Assembly: GCA_009859145.1 (NCBI GenBank)
Contig: VRVR01000053.1
Location: forward strand, 124,001 to 188,000
Length of the DNA: 64,000 nt
Reading direction: 5' to 3'
From: Andalucia godoyi And28
Lineage: Eukaryota; Protista; Jakobida
Of the stretch, positions 30,598 through 41,437 are shown piece by piece. The stretch's first letter is position 1; every line of letters starts with the position of its first letter. Below the pieces are notes generated by a model. That model was not told where the DNA came from, made no database searches, and saw only the letters and a list, made by a program, of their open reading frames with translations. Made by a program: the position numbers and the translations under genes.

Positions 30598-32733
30598 TCA
30601 AGGAAACGCCCAAGACCAGCTTGACTGGCGGATTCTCACAAAGACTGTGGTAAGAGTTCTGCGGTCTTGTGACAGCGTCCTGGAGACAACGTACGGCTCG
30701 TGCGCGTTCCGCAGAACTTCGGCTGCCGCTGCATATGCAAGACCCCAGGACAAGTGCGAGGACAGCACTCGGCTGTTCTCACTCAGGACTGCCCGTGACG
30801 AAGACGAAGCGTCCAACAGCTGTGTAAGTTCAACTACTTCAAAATACTCTGCCTTACCACTCTGGAAGCCCGCCGGGGAGCGGCCTGGCAGAGCGCCTTG
30901 CCCGTCGTTTCCAGCCGGTTTCGCGATTTCGCTCGCAGCCGCACTCAGAAAACCATTGGGGGATTGCACAATCGCTGAAGTTGTCACGGAAGGACTTCCT
31001 CGTTCGACGGACAATTGATCTTGCGCTTGCTTTTCAGAAGGTGTACGCGATTCCATCGTTTTTCCGTTTGCTGCTTGCGGAGCCGCCACAATGGACGCGT
31101 GTCGGTTCTTGTCGGCCTGGTTCGACGACGGCAAGGGCAGAGACGCAGAGACAGAGGACGTCGAATTGTGGCCTGGAGCGTCTTCGTGATGCTTCAGAGC
31201 GGCAACTCGCTGCGATTCGCTAAGTTGACTACTCAGCATCATTTGCATCTGCATGCGATCGGCGGACTTTTGTGGCGCAGAATTCAGAGGCTTGGACGGC
31301 GGAAGACAGGTCGGTTTCGAAGAAGTGGTTGGAGTGGATCTTGGTACCGACGGGAGCGGTAGTGGCGATGCCACGATCGAAGTTTGTACAGCGGGAGTCG
31401 AATTCACTGGAGGAGACATTCTTCTTGGTACAAGGGGGACTCGGCGTTTTGCCGGCGGCTCAACAGCGTCGTCGACTTTATCATCGACATCCGAGCGCTC
31501 TGGGGATTCGCAGTCCAATAGCGAGCGCACTCTCCAGCTACCACACATTTCCACAGCCCCGGCAGCGATATTTCCGTCTGTAAGGTTCACAGACGCGGTA
31601 TAATCATCATCATCGTCATCATCATCGTCGTCGTCATCGTCATCGTCATCATCATCGTCGTCGTCGTCTGCCTCGCTGTCTCGCTCTCTGTTGTCGGTTT
31701 CGCTGATGATGTGGGACCGAGACACCACCAGGCCTCGCTTGAGCGACTCCGATCGAGCACTTGCCGACTGCAGCTCATCCAAGCATTCGCGAATCCCTGA
31801 AGCAGACCGTACAGCATCCGGGAAAAGCTTCTTAAGAAAATGGAAAATACGGTCAAAGATGTTCGGCGCCCGTTTCGATTTTGCGAAGTCCTGGTACACA
31901 AGACACGCGTTCGCAAACAGCACTGTGCACGGCCACGGCATCGCCTCATCGTTTCGGAAGCGCAGTGAGAATGGACGCGATGTCCTGCTATCCGCGCTTT
32001 CATTCCCATTCCCATTCGCGCCGCGGACGCTCATTTGCTGTTGAGCTGCAGAATGGCACCGACAGCGGTGCATGTACCACAGCAAGAGCTGCAGCTTACG
32101 AGCAACAATCTCGGAAACGCCCTCTTGCTGTGCAAGAAACCGCGACAGTTTGGTGTTTTTCACGGGACCGCAAATCTTGAAGCACGCAGTTTGCGGGTTT
32201 GGAAAAGCCGGCTTTTCCTTGTATCTGTACATGAGTGCATAAACTTTTTGCTGTGCTGTGATTCCGAAAAAGTACGGGAACACAAACGGATCGCGTTCAT
32301 CGAGATTCTCAATCATTGTCAGCGCGCGATCGAGCAAGTCGAGCATTCCGGCTTCGAGGTCCGTCGCGGACTGTTGCCGGAGCCCAACGACCTCGGCATA
32401 CACAAGTCCGTAGGATTGATCGGACAATTCAAGCGCTCTTTTCTGCATCACTGATGTATGCACCAGTCGAAAGTCGACTCGATGCGACGGTGCCAGAATG
32501 ACGTTTCGCACCGCAGAAGACCGACTGCTCGTATGCAAAAGATACTCGTCGACCGCATGCTTGTACTCTTCAAAATCCTTGTCCTTTGAAAAGGAAAACA
32601 TGCATCCGTACGTCTCTCCGCTGTCATTTCGCAGACTGTGAAGCTTCTTGGCATCGGCACCCCAGCTCGTCACGCTGGCCTGCGAGAACTGCGCAAGAGG
32701 AAGTCGCGCAGTCGGTGGCGATGAACATGACAT
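30598..32733 (-). CDS. Hypothetical protein (globular N-terminal half, acidic run, low-complexity linker, small C-terminal domain)
   Basis: Long uninterrupted ORF of about 710 codons from ATG at 32733. No family recognised. Confidence 0.7.
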   Translation of the reverse strand: MSCSSPPTARLPLAQFSQASVTSWGADAKKLHSLRNDSGETYGCMFSFSKDKDFEEYKHAVDEYLLHTSSRSSAVRNVILAPSHRVDFRLVHTSVMQKRALELSDQSYGLVYAEVVGLRQQSATDLEAGMLDLLDRALTMIENLDERDPFVFPYFFGITAQQKVYALMYRYKEKPAFPNPQTACFKICGPVKNTKLSRFLAQQEGVSEIVARKLQLLLWYMHRCRCHSAAQQQMSVRGANGNGNESADSRTSRPFSLRFRNDEAMPWPCTVLFANACLVYQDFAKSKRAPNIFDRIFHFLKKLFPDAVRSASGIRECLDELQSASARSESLKRGLVVSRSHIISETDNRERDSEADDDDDDDDDDDDDDDDDDDDDDYTASVNLTDGNIAAGAVEMCGSWRVRSLLDCESPERSDVDDKVDDAVEPPAKRRVPLVPRRMSPPVNSTPAVQTSIVASPLPLPSVPRSTPTTSSKPTCLPPSKPLNSAPQKSADRMQMQMMLSSQLSESQRVAALKHHEDAPGHNSTSSVSASLPLPSSNQADKNRHASIVAAPQAANGKTMESRTPSEKQAQDQLSVERGSPSVTTSAIVQSPNGFLSAAASEIAKPAGNDGQGALPGRSPAGFQSGKAEYFEVVELTQLLDASSSSRAVLSENSRVLSSHLSWGLAYAAAAEVLRNAHEPYVVSRTLSQDRRTLTTVFVRIRQSSWSWAFP

Positions 32734-33096
32734 TTCCCCTCTCAATTGCAAGGAGAAAGAAAACGTGTTTGCATTTAAAACAACAGCAACGATAACAAAA
32801 AAACAAAAAAAAAAAACCTGTGGATTTTCTCTCGAGAAGCCCGCCCTCCTACCTGCAGGACATTGCGTATGTATGAGCTGAACAGAAAATCGGGGGAGGG
32901 AAGGGAAGGGAAAGAAGCGAAATGATGGGTGGCCAGCCGAGCAACAAAAATAACAGCAACAACAACGAAACAAAAGAAAAAGAACACAGTGCTTTTGAAA
33001 ATGAACAGCATTCGCATGGGTGATGGAGGAGGAGACACGACCTTTGCGAAAAAAACAATATAATAATAATAGTAATTTTAATTTACTTCTTGTTGG

Positions 33097-34275
33097 TCAG
33101 GCATCGGCGCATTCTTGGAAATCATCGTCGTCGTCTGCGGCGGGAACCGGAAGCGGGATGGCATTGATGTGTGCCTGATAAGGTTTGCCGTCGGCGGACT
33201 GCAGGAAATTTTGGATTCGGAGCCGCTGGAGTTCGAGCCGGATTTTGTAATTGCGAAGTTGGGTTTCCCAGTAGAGTTTGGTGTTGTCGTCGTGGTTGAT
33301 GGAATAGGCATTTTTGCCGCAATAGGCAATCTCCAGATAGTCGGGGTTGAAAGCCTCGTTTGCCTTTTTGAACTTGTGCGATTTCGGATCGGTAGTGGAT
33401 CCTGTCAAAAAGTGAATTTTCGATTTTGTGACCGAGTTGATGACAGGGGACATGACGGTCCACAGCGCACGGAACATGAACGGCGCGTCAAAACAGTAGA
33501 AACCCGCTAGCCTTTCTGGGTACATCCTTTGCAGCGTGTGTAGCACAGTTTTCCCGAATTGGAACGGCGCGGCATCCGATAAGCTGAATCCCCGCCAGTC
33601 GACAATCCAAACCAGCTGCTCCACTCCTCCGGGCGACGTCGTTGATGTCTCTGAATTCTCCGCAGACAGCGGCATGGACGCGATCGCATTCTCCAAATTC
33701 CAAACCAGATGCTTCAACTGGACATCCCACATCTCAGACGTCTTCCCCGTCGGGCGCACGTAAATCACCGGCCGCCCGACCTTGTCAAACCCGTGCCGGT
33801 ACATCTTGGTCCACTTCAGAAACTCGTCCGCGACATCCTCCGGCCCGATGCCCAGCGGCCGGTACTCCACGCGCCACTTGATGGCATCCAGCATCAACTC
33901 CGTCGCCTTCTCCAGATTCCAGTCCCGTGCCACCAGGTACCGCCGAAGCATCCTCACATCCCACTGCGCACGCTCCTCGACCGGCACATCCGCCGGGATG
34001 CGCGACTTCAATTCCAGTAGCAAGTCCCGCTGCGCAGCCTCCAGCGTCTCGAAAAACGACGGATGTTCGTACACCGCGTACGACCGCGACGGCGCAGGAG
34101 GCACCTCCGTCGACGCATACGATTGCTGCGATGAGAAATGCCCGCTTACGCCGTCGCAGGCCATCTCGGCCGACTCGCTCTCCGGAAGTCCGTCGGCCGA
34201 CGGCGTCGCAGGCGGTTCATGATCGTTGTCCTCGTCCTCGAGCTCGGGAGCCAGTGGCGCATCTACTGCCGACAT
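33097..34275 (-). CDS. SEC14/CRAL-TRIO lipid-binding protein (Pdr16-like)
   Basis: MLRRYLVARDWNLEKA..ML..AIKWR, GFDKVGRPVIYVRP, VEQLVWIVDWRGFS, LQRMYPERL, APFMFRALWTVMSP and TKSKIHF motifs. Confidence 0.93.
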   Translation of the reverse strand: MSAVDAPLAPELEDEDNDHEPPATPSADGLPESESAEMACDGVSGHFSSQQSYASTEVPPAPSRSYAVYEHPSFFETLEAAQRDLLLELKSRIPADVPVEERAQWDVRMLRRYLVARDWNLEKATELMLDAIKWRVEYRPLGIGPEDVADEFLKWTKMYRHGFDKVGRPVIYVRPTGKTSEMWDVQLKHLVWNLENAIASMPLSAENSETSTTSPGGVEQLVWIVDWRGFSLSDAAPFQFGKTVLHTLQRMYPERLAGFYCFDAPFMFRALWTVMSPVINSVTKSKIHFLTGSTTDPKSHKFKKANEAFNPDYLEIAYCGKNAYSINHDDNTKLYWETQLRNYKIRLELQRLRIQNFLQSADGKPYQAHINAIPLPVPAADDDDDFQECADA

Positions 34276-34535
34276 TCTACCGCGTTATGATTCTTAAAAA
34301 AAACCTCGATCTCCTGACCTACCGTCTTTTCCCGCAACAATAAATGTTCCTGTTGCTGTCGCATGCAACAATTCTGCATGAAGACTAAAAGCCAAGAAGG
34401 GAGAAAGGAAAAAAAACCATGAGAAGCGAGCAAAAAGAGGAGATTGTGTAGTTTGTGCAGTAGACAAATGTCGACAGCCAATGTCCTTCCTCTTAATTTT
34501 TTTTTACATATATGATCAGACCGAGACACCGGACA

Positions 34536-35100
34536 CTATGGGTACCGCGAACCGACACGGTCTCTTGGAATGAGTCTGAGTTCGGACCCGTGCTTGAGGA
34601 AGATGGAGCCTGCGGTCTGGGCAGGATTGACGCCAACGCCGTCTTTTGTGATGATGGCGGACGTTGCGGCGGGGACCTTGAACTCCTGCGCGGCGAACTT
34701 TAAGACGGCCGTGAATGGCGCTGCTTCCGGAACCTTGATTCTGCAGAGGACAACAGCACAAGCACACACGCCACATCGGGCGGAAAAAACACGCGTTTCA
34801 CACAGTAAGCATCAGGCGATTTAAAAAAATAAAAAGAGAAAACGAACGATCGTAATAAAAAGAAAACAAGCGACCCAGAGAGAGAAGACATACACTCGGA
34901 ACGGTAGCTTTGGGTCTGACGCAAGCGTGATTTTGAATGAGACGGACGCAGTAGACGCCTGCTGTACCGCAGACGTCGTCGATGCTGATGCAGAAGACGA
35001 CCTGTTGTTTGTTGTTGTTTCATTACGAGTTAGATTGTGTGCACTGTTGAATCGGCAATGTAAAAGATTGTTCGTGAGATGCAGAAAGACAGACATACAT
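34536..35100 (-). CDS. UFM1: Ubiquitin-fold modifier 1; 3 exons (35100-35099, 35001-34894, 34740-34536)
   Basis: Spliced product MSSSASAST...[84 protein letters not shown] (104 aa). Introns 35098-35002 and 34893-34741 are both GTATGT...CAG, and intron 1 has a CTAAC branch motif. Confidence 0.93.
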
Positions 35101-35571
35101 GTTCCTTCCACCTTGAATCCCCTTCTTCTTCTTTTAAAAACTTCTGGTTTGATGGCGAGAAGAGCAGAAAAGAGAAAAACGCAATGAGGAAAAAGGCAGA
35201 TTTCTTTGCCTTTCAAAAAGCTTTTCAAAAAAATATAACATTACTCAAGCATCATTTATTGAATAATTAATAATAATAATAAAAATGGAAAAGCCACTGT
35301 AGGCAAGGTGTTGTCGAACAAAGGTCGTTCGATATCTGTCGATCTGTAGAGCTCCGCTTCCTCAGCCTTTCCTTCTGTTGGTTTGCTGCTTCCCTCTCCT
35401 TCCCATTCTCCTTCTCCTTCCCATTCTTTGTCTTTGTTGTATAATCTTTTAAAAATATCTCTATTCATGTTTTTGATATTACTTTTATTACTATAATTTA
35501 CTGTTTGTTTGGTTTTTGTGGTTGTGGAGGTACGTGTGAGACTAGGTGTGGGGGGGTTTGGTGCAGTTGTG

Positions 35572-36501
35572 ATGGGAGACAAGTATGAGAAGCAACTCAC
35601 ACGCGTGCTTGACACTTCGAATGCTCCGTCGAAGCGATTCAAGCATTTATTAGCGCTTTTCGAGATTTTGGCACCGCTTTCCTCGCTTCCCGCTTCTTCT
35701 TTGAACACGACATCCTCATCCTCATCCTCCTCCTCGTCGTCATCGTCGTCGTCGTCATCGTCATCATCGTCGACGCCATCGCATATTCTGCTGTCGACCG
35801 CGCATTTTACGGCCATTGTTCTGAACACCGCACCGCCGTTTCCGGTGAGCTCCTCGGGGGCAATCGACCAGTTCATCTCGTCGAATTATCAACACGTGTT
35901 TCGCATATGCCTCGATCTTTTGCTGTCGATGCTCCAGCAGCAAACAGGGAAAAAGGCGGCGTCTGTGACGTTTTCCGACATTTTTTCCACGATGTTTTTG
36001 CTGCGACGGCTGATTTCGCTGCGGCCTGACCTCATTCGAAACCGGTGGCAGTATCCGGCATTTTCGGCACTGTTGTTGCAGCTTTGTGCGCGGACAGCAG
36101 ACGTGAAGTTTAGGATTCTTGGGCTGGACTTGCTGCTTTGCATGATTCAGTGTTTTGGAGAAAAGGCCGAAGAATCGCTGCTGCTGCTGCTTGTCTATGC
36201 TCTCGATACGCAGGCGCAGGTGGGAAAGCCCGGGGCAAAAATCGCGCCACCTTCATCGCTTGGGCAGGTCCCGGCAGAGTTTGTTCTCGCGATTCCGATG
36301 TCCGATGAGGACGCGTATCAAAGCTCGACTTGCTGGGGCTTCGTTAGCTCATACGTCGCTGCAGTTTCAAGTATTGCCAATGCAGATGGCGGTCCTGGCA
36401 GCAGCGGCGGCGGGAATCCAGGTCCTGGAATGGCATCATCGAGTGGATCAGGTGTTGGAAATGCATCGGCCAATTCACAGTCATCATCATCATCATCATC
36501 A

Positions 36502-36537
<36 letters not shown>

Positions 36538-36828
36538 GCGTCGTCAGCTTTGCAACAGCCGTCGTCAGGCTCATCGATGCCTTCTTCTTCGTTGCCGGGT
36601 TCGGCGGCTGGGTCTGGACCGAACCAGTCACAACAATCTGGTCCAGCAATCGCGGGGGGATCACAATCCCAAGCTTCCAGTGGCAGCGGGTCTGGTAGCG
36701 GAGGCATGGGTGCACTGTCCGGATCCTCAGGCGGAAGTAGCTCTGGTTCTAATTTCTTCTCCCCGTCCTTCTCGATCTCGGCGTCTCCCCCCTCTTACAG
36801 TGGCAGTACTGGTACTACGAGTACTACT

Positions 36829-36863
<35 letters not shown>

Positions 36864-39800
36864 TAGCAGTAGCAGTAGTAACACCAGCAGTAGCAACAGC
36901 AATTACAACGGCAACAATAGCAACAGCAACTTTGGAATCGATGATCGACATTACACATTTTTTGCTCGCGACACTGCCAGTCACACGATGTGCCACCTGT
37001 ACAACAAATCTGCACATCCTGATGCAGAGGCGCTGTTCATGTCGCATTTTGCCGTGTTCCAGATTCCTACTCCTGGTGCTGCACCCAGTGCGAATGCAGT
37101 GTCGCCTGCGTTGCTGACAGTGGAGACGCTGTTCAATGGGATATCCGCCGGCTTTTCTTCTCCAGGACCGCACAATCCTCCGTCGTTGAACGGAATGGAG
37201 CAGTGCTTGTGCGAAGATTCCTTGCGGCTATTTGACTACTTTTTGGCGTTCTTCACGTATGCCGCAGAGGAGGATGCAAGCTTTGTCATGTGGTGGACGT
37301 TCGTGAAGGATCGCATTATTCCCATGCTGCTGACGCAACGCCCGTCTCCATGGACGATGCTCTCCGGTCGGCCTTTTTCATTTCTTGTGCGACGGCTTGA
37401 ACTATGGTTCAGTTCCACTGCCATTCCTGCGGCTGTGAAAAGCAAGTTAGAAAGGGATATTCCAAAAGTCCTTATTCCCGTTTACCGGCACGCGCTGATG
37501 AGTGATGGCATTGGAGCTGGAATTGCGATTAGCAGATTCCGCAAGTGGATCGAGTCCAATTCGACGTTCGGTACTCAGACTCTTGAGGAAATAATCACCT
37601 CATTGGCCCGTGGTGGGCTAGCGTGCCGAGGTGGCCTGGATGGACTCATCAGCGCCACCCAGGTCCTCTCGCCAGATCTTGTGCTTCCTTGTTTATTGCA
37701 GGGGTTTGACACGGTATTTTGTGCGGCTCCAAAGGAACTAGGCGTTTTGAACTCCCTATTCTCTGGAATGGCCCATTCGTCGTGGCTACCGCCGTCCATT
37801 TTGTTCCTGAATTCACTGGGATCGGCATCAACAGCGGGGGGAAAATCCAATTCTGGATCCGCGCTGTTGGTGCCGTTTTGCCCCACAACTGTAGTTGCCT
37901 GGTTCACTCCCTACGCTTCCATGAAGGTGTTTTCATCTCTCGACGTTCCGGTGACTGCATATCAATCGATCAGCGCTTTTCACAATGCGATCTCCATTGC
38001 AAATGGCGAGTTTTCGAGTTCCTCTTCCGAGCGACTGAGCTCGTCGTTGTCGAATCTTCCGTTCCCGGCGATTTCGGCAAATGCGCCGCACTTGACGCAG
38101 AGTTGCCCTGTTGCTGGCTCTCTGATTGAAGTCTTGGATGTGTTGGCGTACTGCCTGACGCTGCTGTGGATCAAGTGTCGTGTTGATCGGCGAGACGAAT
38201 CCCTGTGGGCATTGCTCGCCGGATATGCGTCGAAGTGGACGCATGTACCGTGTTTTATGCATCAGTGGAGAATGGGGCTCGCCTATCACACCGTGCAGTA
38301 TTTGCAATCGCAATCCAATGGTGTTTCAAACGTCGACCTGTATCGGGCCTCTGTGGCATCCACTCTGTCTTCTCGATCCACCGTACCTCCAAATTCACCC
38401 GCCACCCCGCATGGCTCAAGCCCCTCATCGACACCGTCGTCAATCTTCCTTTCGGAATCGCCATCTTTCAAGTATGCACTGTACAGCTGGGACCGTTGGG
38501 TTCGATTGTTGGACCGAAAGTCCTGCCACGTGATCGTGATGCGGGGCATTTCTGAAACTGTGGCCGTCCTACTTGGACATGCACCACCATTTGCAGTTCC
38601 GTTGCCCAACATGACGGAGAACATCCCGCTTACAGCAACAAACCTGTTCATTGGACCTCCGTTTCGCAGATCTCTGAACGCAGAGGCAAATACTCTGTTA
38701 CAGTTGTTTGGGAAATGGGCAATCATGCCGCTGGCGATGAATGAGTCCGACCGAGATTCCCGCGCGGTTTCCGCTTCGATTCTCTGTCGAATCTTGTCGC
38801 ACCTGTCCCCTGAAGCTGTCCACGCAACACATCTTGGTGATATTTTCGCGTGCTTGGCTGCGAACGCAGAGTTTCTCCCCGAATCGGAAAAAATTCTCTG
38901 TCGAGGGTTTGCGGGAACGGTATCTCTTGCTCGCTATTTGCTCAGCGTTCGTCCCACGCCGGAAGCACTGCTTTGCGTTGCCTCACTGTTCTGGGCGGAT
39001 CCCTCGTATGCGCGTTTGGTCTGTGAGTTTGGCCATCCGTCTCACGCGTATGGAGAGGAGTTGTTGCTGCGACACGTACTGGAGTACGTCCGACAAAAGG
39101 AAACGTCGTCTACGGAAGGATCACACAGTACCATTTACTTGCTCAACAGTTCGCTGCACGAGACTTCTGGTCGTCAGAAGAGGAAATCTGTGATGCTTCC
39201 ACCAAGTGAGAGCGTCTCTGCTATTGCGGCTGCCGTGGATTCATGGAAGCTTCCGCGATTGTTTAACAAGTTGAATCATGAACTTCGGAATATTGTCGAT
39301 CAATGCCTGTCTTCCATCTGCCAGAAGCGCAAACTCAGTCATGTCCCACTCGAGTATGCTTCGCCAGTCTTAATGGAGAAGTGCGACGATCTTGAGCGAC
39401 TGGCTGGGATGATGCTGTACTCCGAAGAATGGGCGCTTCCGTTTCGTGTTTCCAAGGACGGCTTGTCGTATGTACTTGCGCAGTGGGGTTACTATCCGAT
39501 TCAGGAAATTGATCTTGATACGCATCCATTGTATGGAGCGCAGTACAAAGGTCCGGAATCCATTATGAATTGGAACCGCCTTCTTCGAAACCCCATCATG
39601 TCCGTTGCAATTTGTAGGTCGTCCATTGTCACCGTGTATCCATCCCATCCAGATGCGTGGGCGCTGATTGACAATGGCAACAATAATGTGGAAGATGCGG
39701 CTGCGAATGCAGGGGTTCGACGAGGACACGAAGAATCGGAAGAAGTGTTTTTGATTCTACGGTCTCGTAGCGGTCGATTCGCATGGCGAGCCCATCTTGT

Positions 39801-41169
39801 TTATTTGGACGATCGATCCAATGTCCGGAAGCTATCGCAGCATGACCTTGCAACTTCTGCACTGCATAGCGTTCCGCTATCCAACGAGCGTCCGGATCCA
39901 GCAGAAGAGCCGACAGCCAGGCTCATTGCGCGGCTTCAGGAAAGTCTTCCGTCGTTGATGGTACCGGAAGAAGAAGCGCATGCAGTCAGCCAGCTGAGCG
40001 ATCCAGTCTCGTTCAAGGATCTGCAGACCCACCATTCTTTGGAGGATGCTTCGGTGCGTGACCCACAATCGCATATTGCACCCGTGAATGTTGCCGAGGC
40101 TCTTTTCGAGTCTCGTCTTGGCGTGTGCCTGGGCAACGATTCAGAAAATGGCCGCCCGGGCAAGGAAAGCGAATTTCTGTCACATAATGCACGAGGAGAT
40201 AGCGTGTCGAAGCAGCCGGATGTTCGTGCATTGGTGCGGCCAGTGCGATTGCTCCTTTCCCATCTAGGCCTTTTACCGCCCGTTGCCGTTCCTTCGTTTT
40301 CGTTCCTCGATGTTGCGTCTGTCAAAGTGCAGCGTGAGTTGGCCAAAATCGATGTGCTGCCGTGCCGTACTAACTTGTCTATTGGAGTTGTGTACGTTGC
40401 GAAAGGCCAGGACTCCTACAATCAATATTTGCTCAACAGCATCCAGAGTGAATCGCTGGCATTTCGCGCTTTTCTTCTCTCCCTTGGATATGTTGTTTCG
40501 CGGTCTTCCGGCGCCGCTTCTGCGTCCTCCGCATTGGCGTCGCAACAGCCGCAATCTCCGCCGCCGTCGGATGAGCAACTGGTCCTGAGCACACCACTGT
40601 GGGATGCCCGGTTCGTCATCTCGACGCGCATCGCAACCTCGAATGCAGCACAAGTTGCATCTGCCGTTTCGCTGAAGCGATACGAGCAGATCCCGTTGTT
40701 TGCGTCCACATCAAAAGTGTGGATTGTATGGTGCGAGAACCCGCGCGAGTATGTTCCCCACTTTCCAGCGTCCGCTTCAGCCGCTGCGTCAGCATCGTTG
40801 TCGACCGTGCCGACCTACTCCACTACCTCGAATGGGCATGGAAGCACCGGCGGTACTTCAGCTGTGATTCCCGAGGTCTTTATCGTCGTGTATCCAAACA
40901 CGCAGGAAAATTGCTATGAAAACACATTCCGAGTACGCGTGATTGTTCGCGATGGCGGTTTCCGTGACTTTGGGCCGCTGCGAGACTACATGTTGGTTTC
41001 AAGATCAATGCTGGGGCCCTTGGTACGCGAGACAGCCGTACAGGCCGCTTTGGGAATCTTGAGGGTCCGAGATGCCTTTCGATCCCCATCGGATCTCCGA
41101 CAATGTGCAATTGAGGACATTGTCTCAAAATGGGGATCGCCGATTCCTGTGCGCTCGGGTTTGGTGTGA
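35572..41169 (+). CDS. RALGAPA: Ral GTPase-activating protein alpha subunit-like (C-terminal Rap/Ran-GAP domain)
   Basis: N-terminal TRVLDTSNAPSKRFKHL and RNRWQYPAFSALL...FRILGLDLLL resemble the RalGAPalpha N-terminus. C-terminal IGVVYVAKGQ...FRAFLLSLG...VWIVWCEN...VFIVVYP...FGPL...GPLVRETAVQA is a Rap-GAP fold. Confidence 0.82.
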
Positions 41170-41437
41170 TTGCAAAACGAATGTCACGACGGGGCGGCGA
41201 TCGTGAGGCGGCGATCGTGGGGCGGCGCTGGCTGCTTCCATTACTTATTTTATTCAGAATTCCCAAACTCTGCTTATCACACAGCTTTTGCGAATAATTT
41301 GTGTAATAAGGGTTCTTTTTCTTCTTTTTCTTCTTCTGTTTTCCGCAATCTCTATTTGACGTTTGTGTATTTTTGGCATTTCCTTTTCTGCTTCACTGCT
41401 TGTGTTTCACACAAATTGAGCATTGTTGAGGAAAATC

